This document shows, one piece after another, positions 10,960-20,773 of a DNA stretch of 64,000 nucleotides (positions are counted from its first letter, which is position 1; every line of letters starts with the position of its first letter). The notes below the pieces were generated by a model. The model was given only the letters and a program-made list of their open reading frames with translations. It ran no database searches and was not told the DNA's origin. Position numbers and translations under genes: made by a program. The DNA is from a virus (lineage: Duplodnaviria; Caudoviricetes): positions 1 through 64,000 of the IMG/VR virus record IMGVR_UViG_3300028048_000120; one strand, 5' to 3'.

Positions 10960-11280
10960 CTATTCATGTGTCTCTAAATCATTGTCCCATGTACTGAATA
11001 TGCTGTATAGCTTATCCATTTCTTCTTCGTCATGTTTTACGGTAACCTCACGAGGAGGAGCAACGACGAGTTTATTGAGCGCTAGCGAGATTTCGATAAA
11101 TCTATCTCTATCCTTAGGAATTTTGCTGTTGCCAAGTTCCTTGAATCTCTGTTCGAATAGATCCTGTGTGTCGGATAGTAATCCCTCAATAAATATTTTT
11201 TGTTCCTTAGAGACCTTATTTTGAGATCCCTTCGGTCTTCCGGCTTTTCTTGGTTTGGGTATTTTATCTATTTTTCCCAT
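10960..11280 (-). CDS. Probable terminase small subunit
   Basis: 106 aa with KAGRPKGSQNK motif common at TerS N-termini; last gene of the portal operon. Confidence 0.45.
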   Translation of the reverse strand: MGKIDKIPKPRKAGRPKGSQNKVSKEQKIFIEGLLSDTQDLFEQRFKELGNSKIPKDRDRFIEISLALNKLVVAPPREVTVKHDEEEMDKLYSIFSTWDNDLETHE

Positions 11281-11283
11281 ATC

Positions 11284-11793
11284 TTATCTATCAAATGGCA
11301 CAAATGGAGTACTTGTCTGTTTTGTGCGCTGGTTAATATTTACGTTAATTTGTCCAAGACCTTGCTCGATGTCTATACGTAAGGCGTCAACGAGTTGGTT
11401 GTTTGGACCGAAAGCCCTACGAAGGTATTCGTATTCTATTCCGCTAGCTATAACACTATGGATATTGTCTGTAAGGTCTTGTAGATTTGTTTCCGGCCAA
11501 TCCGCTGGCATGTCGATGATGAAAGCCCGAGACTTCCATTCTGTCAATGCATTGTCAGCCTTGTCGGTAGATTCATACTTATATAGATATCTCTGTAATT
11601 GTCGTATTACGGTATTAAAGTATTTGTCCATCCTTCTATTTATGAAGGCTGAATCTTTCTCGTCTGCTGATAATCTGTAGCCTTTGAGTGCAGACGTGGC
11701 TTCCTCAGCTTCCTGCATCTTTGCTACAAATAAGGTGTCATCTTCGATGTCCCTTAATATTTCGTCACGATATATAATAATTTTCTTATGCAT
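11284..11793 (-). CDS. Probable head-tail connector/ring protein
   Basis: 169 aa in portal operon; assignment from context only. Confidence 0.4.
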   Translation of the reverse strand: MHKKIIIYRDEILRDIEDDTLFVAKMQEAEEATSALKGYRLSADEKDSAFINRRMDKYFNTVIRQLQRYLYKYESTDKADNALTEWKSRAFIIDMPADWPETNLQDLTDNIHSVIASGIEYEYLRRAFGPNNQLVDALRIDIEQGLGQINVNINQRTKQTSTPFVPFDR

Positions 11794-12562
11794 ATACTGT
11801 AAATGGTATTTGTTTATATATTTTTGGCTTGTGATAACTGTATATTGTCACGATAGCGGTGCCTACATTTTCACCTTCTACATAGAACGTGCCGTTTTCG
11901 GAAGATACGTTAACGACATCAGAGTGGCATACGATGCATAGATCATCTATAGTTCCATCCTGCCGTGATACATCTATGGCTTTCTTCTCATTGACAGCAA
12001 TTGTGTTTGCGATATCAGCTGTATTAGTTCCGGCAACGACTCCATCTATCGTTGTGTTGAACTCTGTATTTTTAGGGGCAACATATGAATTAAAGTTTTC
12101 TATACTAATGCTGTCGGTGTAGTTGTGTGAAGGAGCAGAAGGTTGCTTCTTGTTGCAAATCATTAGGATAATGTCTTGCATCAATACATCAGCTTTACTC
12201 AGGTAATCCTTCGCGAGTTGAGGCTGTACGCTATCCATCCATTTCCCCATAGTGTACTGGAAGCAATAATCCTCGAAAGTGTTTCCTAGATTTGTAGCAT
12301 TTGCAGTGGTATTTTGGGATAAATTGAATGTGAATATTCCATTCCTATAGCTACTATAAAAATCACGAGTATTCGAGATGATGTTATCAACGGCATCTGA
12401 GATATAATCTTCTATGATATCTAATTCCGCTGATGACAGAGTTATCTTATCGAACAGAGATTCCCCGTTCGCATCGACAATTCTTTTACCGATGATGCTG
12501 AGATGCCTTTTAATGCGATCCTCAATATTACTGATTCTGATATTTACTGTTGTCTCTGCCAT
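11786..12562 (-). CDS. Probable ring/adaptor protein with C-terminal Ig-like strand pattern
   Basis: 258 aa overlapping the portal 3' end; VEGENVGTAIVTI Ig-like pattern. Confidence 0.4.
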   Translation of the reverse strand: MAETTVNIRISNIEDRIKRHLSIIGKRIVDANGESLFDKITLSSAELDIIEDYISDAVDNIISNTRDFYSSYRNGIFTFNLSQNTTANATNLGNTFEDYCFQYTMGKWMDSVQPQLAKDYLSKADVLMQDIILMICNKKQPSAPSHNYTDSISIENFNSYVAPKNTEFNTTIDGVVAGTNTADIANTIAVNEKKAIDVSRQDGTIDDLCIVCHSDVVNVSSENGTFYVEGENVGTAIVTIYSYHKPKIYKQIPFTVYA

Positions 12563-14555
12563 TGTATTGAACTTCGTAAGGGTAATTTTTCATGATGTCT
12601 TGTAGCTCCTGTACTTGCTGTTGATTTGCGCCTGGCACATTGACTGGTTGTTGAGGCATCTGCCCTTGCTGAGCCAGCTGAGCCTGTGAGTCAAGGTCTT
12701 GCAAAATTTCCTCTCTGTGAGGAATATTTGAGGAATACTTGATAAGCATTCTTGCGTCGATAACTTGTTTATCGTACATGTTTTGTAACACCTGATCGAG
12801 AACCATCTGATAAGTAGGCGATGATGCGCTATTATGAATAGATGTAGCAAATGTCACGTCATCAGCGGAAGAATCATAGAACATCTGCTTTTCCGCTCCA
12901 TTCTTGGTGACGTTACGCCCATTTTGGTAGAATTGTTGCATAACCTGGCATTTCTTTTGAGCCACTTGTTCCTTGAATGTGCCAAATCTCTTGATGAGGC
13001 CGTATAGTGTAGTAGTCGCATTCTGAGCCTGTAGATTATATAGCGCTCCTGATGTTCCAGCGACTGGTGCCTTACCTTGCAGCGCACCTTGTACGCCTGA
13101 TATCTCATGAACAAGATTAAGCTCCGTCTGAAGGAGTTCATTGGTTCCAATATTGAAGGCCGAATGTGTTATCATCTCAGGTTTGTTGCGAGATCCTGGA
13201 TGAGTGACATCATCATAGACAAGCACCGCATCGAATGACGTAGCTTGTCTCTTGTATTCTTCTATGGTCATATCAGCAGGCTTCATGGATAGAGGGAGTA
13301 TCTTCCATCCCTTGACGGCCTGTCTCACAGACATATCCTGCATGGTAACCATTCTGTTGATAAGTCGCTGCTGATCTATTGTAATAGCCTGATAAGGAAC
13401 AGGTTTGCCATTGATATAAGGGAAGAACACCACCGTAAATGGGTGAGACTTATGATCATAAGGGGTTTCTCCCTCTGCGAGGATGAATCCATCAGGTGTC
13501 AGGAATTCATAATACCAGTACAAGTCAGGAACAACCTCGTACTCTATAAGCAATCTATCTTCCTTGTCGACGCCATCCATATCATACATGGCATTGCGTT
13601 CCTTGTTTTCTGCAATAATCTCGTTCAATGAATTAGTATCATTCAGTTCGATGCGGTAATACATCTCATCTGCATTCTTGCCTAATGGGTCGAAAACCTG
13701 ATATCTTGCACGAGATTCTTGTTTCCATACCTCGATGACACGGCACATATCCGGAGTATCAGAAACATAAAACGATTTATTCTCGTATTCGTGTGCATGT
13801 TCAGAACTATAGGTTCCAGAGCGATCTTTATAAGGATGATACAGTGCATCGATATCCTTCGTGGTAAGTCCGTATTTTTTGCGAGCGAAGACATTATACA
13901 TCTGTTCCACCGTCATATCGATGAGGCGACCGATGAAATATATATCAAGGTTACGAGGATCATCGCCACATTTCCAGAACATGTTGTATGGATTTACGAA
14001 TTCTGTATATGCGTCTTCGATATTCCCACATCCAGGTATTTTTTTCCATTTCTCGTATGCAAAGCCAGCACCTGAAAGGAGTAATTCTCCGAAGATGGAA
14101 TCCATGAGCAAAGGTTCAAGCGTTTTCTGCCAGTTGCGTTGCAATGCTGATGACATCATCTCACTATACTTCTGAGAGTCTTTTTCATACGCATAGCATA
14201 CTGGTTCTGTTTCCTCCTTTGAATGTAGACCTGTGATAGAGAAATACAAAGGGAACATGACATTATTCTGAAGAGGGATATTACCTTGTCTTCTGATAAC
14301 TTCCTTCTCCAGAGCAATAACACCATCTTGTGATATTGTATCAGACCACTGATCATCGAAAGTGTATCTGATGGTGCGATCTCTTTCCTTGCGGAAATCC
14401 TCTTTGCTTATCCATGCGTTTTCCGCTTCATTGAGCAGCGTAAGGTCTAATCTGTTGTCATTTTGCAGGAGCCGTCTTTCTCTTACCGTATCGACTTCTC
14501 CTTTTCTTTGTCCAATAGGAAGCAGATCTCGCCTAGTATATATAGTATTAGTCAT
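12528..14555 (-). CDS. Portal protein (P22-like)
   Basis: 675 aa, Gln-rich C-terminal tail, divergent from scaffold/capsid; size and position typical. Confidence 0.75.
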   Translation of the reverse strand: MTNTIYTRRDLLPIGQRKGEVDTVRERRLLQNDNRLDLTLLNEAENAWISKEDFRKERDRTIRYTFDDQWSDTISQDGVIALEKEVIRRQGNIPLQNNVMFPLYFSITGLHSKEETEPVCYAYEKDSQKYSEMMSSALQRNWQKTLEPLLMDSIFGELLLSGAGFAYEKWKKIPGCGNIEDAYTEFVNPYNMFWKCGDDPRNLDIYFIGRLIDMTVEQMYNVFARKKYGLTTKDIDALYHPYKDRSGTYSSEHAHEYENKSFYVSDTPDMCRVIEVWKQESRARYQVFDPLGKNADEMYYRIELNDTNSLNEIIAENKERNAMYDMDGVDKEDRLLIEYEVVPDLYWYYEFLTPDGFILAEGETPYDHKSHPFTVVFFPYINGKPVPYQAITIDQQRLINRMVTMQDMSVRQAVKGWKILPLSMKPADMTIEEYKRQATSFDAVLVYDDVTHPGSRNKPEMITHSAFNIGTNELLQTELNLVHEISGVQGALQGKAPVAGTSGALYNLQAQNATTTLYGLIKRFGTFKEQVAQKKCQVMQQFYQNGRNVTKNGAEKQMFYDSSADDVTFATSIHNSASSPTYQMVLDQVLQNMYDKQVIDARMLIKYSSNIPHREEILQDLDSQAQLAQQGQMPQQPVNVPGANQQQVQELQDIMKNYPYEVQYNGRDNSKYQNQ

Positions 14556-14576
14556 ATACCAAAATCTTATTTTCTA

Positions 14577-14584
14577 CAAAAATA
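14577..14584 (-). promoter_or_regulatory. -7 box (TATTTTTG) for portal operon
   Basis: caaaaata on + strand, ~20 nt upstream of portal ATG. Confidence 0.55.
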
Positions 14585-14660
14585 CAAGATAAAAAGCTGA
14601 GTGATTGGATATAAAATACATCAAGACAATTTATATCTAAAACCATCATACGGGAAAAAG

Positions 14661-14668
14661 TAACTTTG
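14661..14668 (+). promoter_or_regulatory. -7 box (TAACTTTG) for scaffold/capsid operon
   Basis: TAnnTTTG match in the divergent intergenic region. Confidence 0.55.
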
Positions 14669-14706
14669 AGAAGTAAAAATAATACAGCACATACACACAT
14701 ATAATT

Positions 14707-15537
14707 ATGGCAAAAGAATTAGATAAAAAGGCAGTTGACCAACAGACACCTGAAGTTGCAGATGCCGTACCTCAGGATGTTGAAGCTCCTGTAGAAGGTC
14801 AACAGGATCAGCCGACTCCGGATGAAGAACCAACGGAGCCTACTGCTAAGGAAAGATATCGTAACAGATATCAGAAAGCACACCCCGACCTTGACCTTGA
14901 TGATGAGGATTCTTTCTACTCACAAGCCAACAATAATCTAGATGAGTTGGAAGGATTCCGCAAAAACAACGAAGAGATTGGCAAGGCTATAGATGCTAAT
15001 CCATTGTTGGCTGGAATGGTCGTAGCAGCCCGTGAGGGAACAAATCCTTGGGTATATCTGGCAAGGAACGGCGGTCTTGATGCAAGGAAACTAGCCGACA
15101 ATGACGAATTCAACGATTCTATGGAGAAGGCTCTTACTGAGTTTAACGACAATATGGAATCGAACAAGCGTATGTCTGAGGCTCGTGACAAGAACTTCGC
15201 AGAGTCTATTTCAGCATTGAAGAGTATCGCTGAGAAACGAGGCCTATCGATGGATGAGGCTAAGAGCAACTACGAATCATTCTTCAAGATGGTAGAGGAT
15301 GCTGAGAACGGAAAGGTTGCCAAGGAAACTTGGGATGCATGGTTTAACTCCAAAAACTATGATGCAGATGTCAAGTCGGCAGCGGACAAAGCCCGTACAC
15401 AAGCTCTTAACGAGAAATTCCGCAACAAGGTGAAGATTCCAGAGAGAAACCTACCTCCTGATGTAGGAGGTGACCAAGGCGGAAGGGAACCTAAGAAGAA
15501 GAAATCAACAAGTTTCGCAGATTTTGGAATGGAATAA
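14707..15537 (+). CDS. Probable capsid scaffolding protein
   Basis: Acidic, helical 276 aa directly upstream of the capsid gene. Confidence 0.55.
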   Translation: MAKELDKKAVDQQTPEVADAVPQDVEAPVEGQQDQPTPDEEPTEPTAKERYRNRYQKAHPDLDLDDEDSFYSQANNNLDELEGFRKNNEEIGKAIDANPLLAGMVVAAREGTNPWVYLARNGGLDARKLADNDEFNDSMEKALTEFNDNMESNKRMSEARDKNFAESISALKSIAEKRGLSMDEAKSNYESFFKMVEDAENGKVAKETWDAWFNSKNYDADVKSAADKARTQALNEKFRNKVKIPERNLPPDVGGDQGGREPKKKKSTSFADFGME

Positions 15538-15550
15538 TAACACAAACACA

Positions 15551-17233
15551 ATGAAAATGAAAAGTTTTTTGAATTTGATGAACAAATCTTTTTGGATGAA
15601 GGGCTTGAACTTTTTTCTTACCCTCATCGCATTGATTACCGCAGGACCTGTTGCCATCGCTGCTGGTGCTGCCGTTGAAGACCCTACACCTGATGCAGGT
15701 GAACCAGGAAGTCAGGCTACTCCTGACAAGTCAACACCTTCTGGTGATGGAACTGCTCCTGATGGTAATGGCGCAGGTAAGCATGGTACCGGTACCGGCA
15801 GTGCTACAGGCATTCGACAGGCTGGATTGGCAGAAGAGGAGTATGATAAGGATATCGTAAGATACAAGGCTCCTGTATTCGTATTGCTTAACCTTGCCCG
15901 AACCGTGGCAACACAGAAGTCAGTAAAGGGTTACGAAGTACCTCACTTCCGTATTGGCGCTTCTTCTCTGAAGTTGAAAACAAAGGCTGCTATAGCCCGA
16001 GCACATACAATATCTCTCACGAACGAAAATGTTGACGGTAACCTAGACCTCGCTATCCCTGGTTCTACACTTGCCGTATGTGGAGTAAGTGGATTTGTTG
16101 ATGGTTCGAAAACCAAGAAGGAAGGTGACTTGCAGTTGTTCGTTACATCTAACACTGGTGATTCCGTTACATGTGTTGCCATCAATGGTGAGGCAAAAAC
16201 AGATGGCCAGATTTCAGAACGTTTGCAAGACTACTATGTACCTGCAATCCCAGCAGACACAACAATTATGATTAGTGGTGTGGCTGGTTCAGAGTCTCAG
16301 AAGGTTGTTGCTCCGGACAATAGTAATCCTACTCCTAAGACTGTATTCCTACAGAAGGAAATCTTCAATGTACGTATTACAGATCACTATAAGGAGATAA
16401 TGAAGAAGATCGGATGGGGTATCTCAGATGTCAAGGAAGACGGTCTCGAGAATTTCTCTCACAAGGCCGAAGTCAGTCTTTGGACAGGTAAACAGAAGCG
16501 ATTCCTTGTCAAGGAGCCAAAGTCTGGTCAGAACGAGTATACATATACTACAGAAGGTATCCTTCGCCAGTTGAGTAACATCTTTGGTACAGATACCCTG
16601 TCTTATGACATCTTGGTAGATATCATGAAGGTAGAATTCGCCAACAACGGTGATTCTAAGGAAGCATATGCACTTTGCGGTCGTGAGAAGATCTCAGAGC
16701 TCTTGAAAATAGACTACATCAAGAATGGTGTTCAGTTTACTCAGGAGACTACAGAATACGGTGTGATCGTAAACCATATCAAGAACAACTTCGGAACATT
16801 GCATGTTGTTCACGCACCAATGTTGGATGAACTTGAGATGAGTGACTTCATGGTGGTCGCTGATTTGAAATTAGCACGCTACTACCATCAGATCAAGAAG
16901 GAGACAACTACAGACAATAACAAACTTGGTGATGATGCAACAGAGAGCTCACGCTATACATATATCGAGAGTATGGCACTCGCACTCCGTGGCTTCAATT
17001 CAATGTTAGTTGGTCCTTCAGCTAAGATCGCTCAACGCAATCTAAGCACTAGTGCTAACCCAATCACATTGGAGAGCAAGTTGCCAGCTACTGCTGCTGA
17101 GGGTACTAAGGTAGTCCTAACAGAGGATTATACAGTAGGTACCGGTAACGAGGCAAAAACCTACGAAAAGGGTAAGGTATATGTATACCACAACAATGCT
17201 TGGGCTTTATTTACTGGTGACGTAACCGATTAA
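15551..17233 (+). CDS. Major capsid protein with N-terminal hydrophobic leader (likely start 15551, not 15470)
   Basis: Follows scaffold and ends at a strong terminator; resembles Bacteroides prophage capsid proteins (KIGWGISDVKEDG, TTEGIL, NNFGTLHVVH). Confidence 0.75.
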   Translation: MKMKSFLNLMNKSFWMKGLNFFLTLIALITAGPVAIAAGAAVEDPTPDAGEPGSQATPDKSTPSGDGTAPDGNGAGKHGTGTGSATGIRQAGLAEEEYDKDIVRYKAPVFVLLNLARTVATQKSVKGYEVPHFRIGASSLKLKTKAAIARAHTISLTNENVDGNLDLAIPGSTLAVCGVSGFVDGSKTKKEGDLQLFVTSNTGDSVTCVAINGEAKTDGQISERLQDYYVPAIPADTTIMISGVAGSESQKVVAPDNSNPTPKTVFLQKEIFNVRITDHYKEIMKKIGWGISDVKEDGLENFSHKAEVSLWTGKQKRFLVKEPKSGQNEYTYTTEGILRQLSNIFGTDTLSYDILVDIMKVEFANNGDSKEAYALCGREKISELLKIDYIKNGVQFTQETTEYGVIVNHIKNNFGTLHVVHAPMLDELEMSDFMVVADLKLARYYHQIKKETTTDNNKLGDDATESSRYTYIESMALALRGFNSMLVGPSAKIAQRNLSTSANPITLESKLPATAAEGTKVVLTEDYTVGTGNEAKTYEKGKVYVYHNNAWALFTGDVTD

Positions 17234-17259
17234 GTGAACCGTTAGATCTATATTTACTT

Positions 17260-17301
17260 GGGCAGGTGCATGGAGGTGAAAGCCCATGTCCTGCCCTTTT
17301 T
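17260..17301 (+). terminator. Intrinsic terminator after capsid gene
   Basis: gggcagg..catgg/ccatg..cctgccc stem followed by ttttt. Confidence 0.75.
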
Positions 17302-17313
17302 AATTAAAAAAAG

Positions 17314-17757
17314 ATGATTAAAAAATATCAATACGACAGAGAACAGAACTTCGTACGAATCGTGATTGATTGCTTTGGTGCGAAACTTCCTATTGAGTTC
17401 AAGGATGGAAACTGTATAAACGGCATCAAGCCTTCATTCTACACTAACAATGAAGTATTTCAGAGAGCTATAGAAGATTCTGATCTCTATAAGTTAGGGA
17501 ACATTATTCTCTGTGATACTATCCCAGAACCAGGAGATAAGAAGAAACAAGAGAAGTTTGTACCGGAGGGCATAAAGGATGCTGGCGAAGTGCAGAAGTC
17601 TTCCCCATCTGGCAGTTCTTCAGACTTGGAATTTGACAGCGTAGCCGATGCAATCATGTATATCGCAGAGAAGTACAGCGAATCTATTGAAACCGAGGCA
17701 GATGCAAGAAAATTCCTCAAGGACAGAGGTTTTAAGGTAACGATTCATAAAGGTTGA
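17314..17757 (+). CDS. Hypothetical virion-morphogenesis protein
   Basis: 147-aa ORF in structural operon. Confidence 0.5.
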   Translation: MIKKYQYDREQNFVRIVIDCFGAKLPIEFKDGNCINGIKPSFYTNNEVFQRAIEDSDLYKLGNIILCDTIPEPGDKKKQEKFVPEGIKDAGEVQKSSPSGSSSDLEFDSVADAIMYIAEKYSESIETEADARKFLKDRGFKVTIHKG

Positions 17758-18431
17758 TGAAGGTAGGAGAGATAAAAACTAGAGTACGTGCAGCAATCGA
17801 TGAGCTAGAAGCCAACAACAGCAAGTTTATCGATGAGGCTACCGATAGCAAGGTGTTGGACAGAATAATAGTGAACAGCATATATCCTTCACTATTTTAT
17901 GTTCTTACCTATGCCCCTAACAGTATGCTAAACGATAGTATTGTAAAAAAATACGATACTGTCGGTAAAATATCAATTGATGCCGATTTTGTAGCTACAA
18001 TAACTCTTCCTAAAAACTTCCTTAGACTGATATCAGCGAGGATGAAATCATGGAAATATGCACCTACTCCTGTTGCGGAGGACTCTATAGAAGCGCTCAT
18101 GCAGAATGATACATATGCTCATGGCACTACAGACAGACCTGTTACCGTGATGATACACGATGATGGAGAACTGAAATTGCAGATGAATAGAGCTAAGGCT
18201 GCTAATGATGAGGCTATCATACATCTTATCGAAAAACCGGATGTAAAAGAAGAGGAGCTTCAGGACGAGGATTATGATATAAATATACCAATTAAGGCTG
18301 AAGCTGCATTCATATATCATATAGCTGCATTATCAACGACGTCACGACGTGACGCAATATCAACGACGCTTATGCAAATCTCTCAGAATTATCTCGGAAT
18401 ATCACAACAGCAATCAACATATAGCGAGTGA
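17754..18431 (+). CDS. Probable head-tail adaptor
   Basis: 225 aa; ITLPKNFLRLISARM pattern like adaptor/ring proteins; context. Confidence 0.45.
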   Translation: MMKVGEIKTRVRAAIDELEANNSKFIDEATDSKVLDRIIVNSIYPSLFYVLTYAPNSMLNDSIVKKYDTVGKISIDADFVATITLPKNFLRLISARMKSWKYAPTPVAEDSIEALMQNDTYAHGTTDRPVTVMIHDDGELKLQMNRAKAANDEAIIHLIEKPDVKEEELQDEDYDINIPIKAEAAFIYHIAALSTTSRRDAISTTLMQISQNYLGISQQQSTYSE

Positions 18432-18466
18432 CAATGTGGTCACTCGCTATGATCAAAGAATGAATT

Positions 18467-18931
18467 ATGAGAAACCTCAAGATAGTTAAAGGAAATGATT
18501 TCAGCATCATCGTACCTCTTGCACAGGCTGTAAGAGATGAGAATGGTGTGACCTATAGCGACCTCAACCTCAGTAACCTTACAATCAACGAATTGAAATT
18601 CGTAAGCAGCTACAAAAAAAACTATGTGCCAACATGGCAAAACGGGCAAGATAACACCTCTATAAAGATTGATATACCTGGTAACTTGCTTCCTATAGGA
18701 ATGTACGATCTAGAGATTGTCGGTATCATGGGTGGAACAAAGCACGTCCGTGCATACTGTAAGAATATTCTAGGCATCGTGAATTCCTCTCAGGATAGTA
18801 ACTTGATGTCTGATACCGTCGATATGGACACCATACCTCTTCCGTCTGTTGGCCCTATCGATATGTCTGGGGTGAACTCGCTAAGAAAATATATAAACAG
18901 AATTATTGACGAGAGACTAGCACAGCAATGA
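18467..18931 (+). CDS. Tail/baseplate upper-protein-like domain (stand-alone paralog of the next gene's N-terminus)
   Basis: MRNLKIVKGNDFSIIVPLAQAVRDE nearly identical to the start of 18928..20772. Confidence 0.55.
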   Translation: MRNLKIVKGNDFSIIVPLAQAVRDENGVTYSDLNLSNLTINELKFVSSYKKNYVPTWQNGQDNTSIKIDIPGNLLPIGMYDLEIVGIMGGTKHVRAYCKNILGIVNSSQDSNLMSDTVDMDTIPLPSVGPIDMSGVNSLRKYINRIIDERLAQQ

Positions 18932-20772
18932 GAAATCTAAAGGTAGTTAAAGGAAACGACTTCAGTATTATCGTCCCTCTTGCACAAGCTGTAAGGGATG
19001 AAACAGGTGTGACCTATAGCGACCTTACGTTGGATCGTCTGAGCATATCTTCTATTAAGTTCGTCAACACCTATTCGAAGGAGTATGACTGCGTATGGCA
19101 TGCTGGCTCAGACAATATTTCCGTGAAGATAGATGTAGGAGGCAATGACCTTCCTGTAGGGAAATATGACTTAGAAATTGTAGGAGTGCTCGATGGTGAC
19201 GATATAAGAGCGACCAGCAAGAATGTGCTGTTCATCGTGAATTCATCTCAGGATAGTAACCTATTGGCAGACCCTGTGGATATGGATGCTATTCCTATAC
19301 CATCTACCGGTCCTATCGACCTTACCGGAAATAATGATATCATCAAGTATATCAATAGACTTCTTGACAGCACACTTCACAACATAGATCCATATGTAAG
19401 GGAATATTTTCTTTCCCGCTTGGAAGATGATACGGCCAATGGAGTCATTACATTTCTTAAAAAAATCTTTGCCCGTGGAGGAGCTGAATTCGGCAACTTC
19501 GTGAAAGGCCTGTATGCCGGAACTGGAGGAGCCATCGATGACAGAGGAAATGCTGAATTTGAATCATTAAGGGTAAGATCTTACCTTGAGGTACTTGAAC
19601 TTGTCGTCAATAGATTGTCAGCTTTGGAGGGTGATCAGATACTTACAGAATCTGATACCATAGAATCAGTTACCAGAAATGATGACGGAACCTATCTGCT
19701 TAAGCTAAAGGAGAAGTACGAAGGATACTTTACGGCACAGCATGTTAATAATGTCTTGAAAGGTATTATCAACACACTGCCTGCACACGCACAAGGAATA
19801 ACAGATGTTACTCGTAGCGATAGCGAACGTGAAGGAGATTCCGGAACGGCATATTACTATACATCATGGATGCTGATCAAGGCTGTGGATACCGTAAAAA
19901 ATGAGATAACGGTAGCGCTATATCCTGACGAGGAAGTACCAGCCGGAAGAAATTTCGCACCTTGCAAGGAGATGAAGATAGCAAGATGGGGAAATGCAGA
20001 TGATAGCAAACCTGAGCTACAGAGTTGTTTGTTCCTGTCATCTGGTGATGGTAAGATCATCCACCTGAAGAGAGTGAATAAGCCTATCATAGATTTCAAC
20101 AATTATGGATTCACGCTTGGTACCATCCCGGAACCACTGCAGAACCTATTGCCGAGATACGCCAATGGTGATGCCGTATACGTAGATACGGTATATGCGC
20201 AAAACTTCCAGAAGATAAACAAGCAGCATCAGCCTATCACGGAGATCGTAGACAGAGGTCAGTGGACTGCAAATCCTTCTGAACCTTATCACTTTAATGG
20301 GAAAAACTCCGGAGGGACATACGAGACTTCTACTGTGTACCACATAGGCTGCAAATGGCAATGTATCCATGAGGGAACGACAAGTGAACCGGTATGGAAC
20401 AGTACCGACTGGATTCTTATTGAGGGTAACAGCAACCTGACATTGGAATTCACGGACGAAGAAGGATACGCTATAACGTATCTAGCAGTAAGACCACAGC
20501 ATGTAGATTTTACCGTATTCGCAAAAGTCTTTCTCGGACATATAGACATAACCAGTGATATAAGAGATCAGGACGTAACATGGACCATAGACAGAGGAAC
20601 CGGTTATGAGGATATGGATAGAGCGTGGAGTATTGCTAAGAGCGGTCATAAAAGTCTGAGAATAACGAATGATGACATGCCATCCACATTTGCTGCGGGG
20701 GACAAGATCAAGATAACGTGTAGCATATTGGTACGTGATGGAAAATTTGTTACGAATGAAATTATAATATAA
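18928..20772 (+). CDS. Tail structural protein
   Basis: 614 aa; paralogous N-terminus; LSRLEDDTANGVITF and GAIDDRGNAEFESLRVR motifs typical of Bacteroides phage tail proteins. Confidence 0.6.
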   Translation: MRNLKVVKGNDFSIIVPLAQAVRDETGVTYSDLTLDRLSISSIKFVNTYSKEYDCVWHAGSDNISVKIDVGGNDLPVGKYDLEIVGVLDGDDIRATSKNVLFIVNSSQDSNLLADPVDMDAIPIPSTGPIDLTGNNDIIKYINRLLDSTLHNIDPYVREYFLSRLEDDTANGVITFLKKIFARGGAEFGNFVKGLYAGTGGAIDDRGNAEFESLRVRSYLEVLELVVNRLSALEGDQILTESDTIESVTRNDDGTYLLKLKEKYEGYFTAQHVNNVLKGIINTLPAHAQGITDVTRSDSEREGDSGTAYYYTSWMLIKAVDTVKNEITVALYPDEEVPAGRNFAPCKEMKIARWGNADDSKPELQSCLFLSSGDGKIIHLKRVNKPIIDFNNYGFTLGTIPEPLQNLLPRYANGDAVYVDTVYAQNFQKINKQHQPITEIVDRGQWTANPSEPYHFNGKNSGGTYETSTVYHIGCKWQCIHEGTTSEPVWNSTDWILIEGNSNLTLEFTDEEGYAITYLAVRPQHVDFTVFAKVFLGHIDITSDIRDQDVTWTIDRGTGYEDMDRAWSIAKSGHKSLRITNDDMPSTFAAGDKIKITCSILVRDGKFVTNEIII

Positions 20773-20773
20773 T

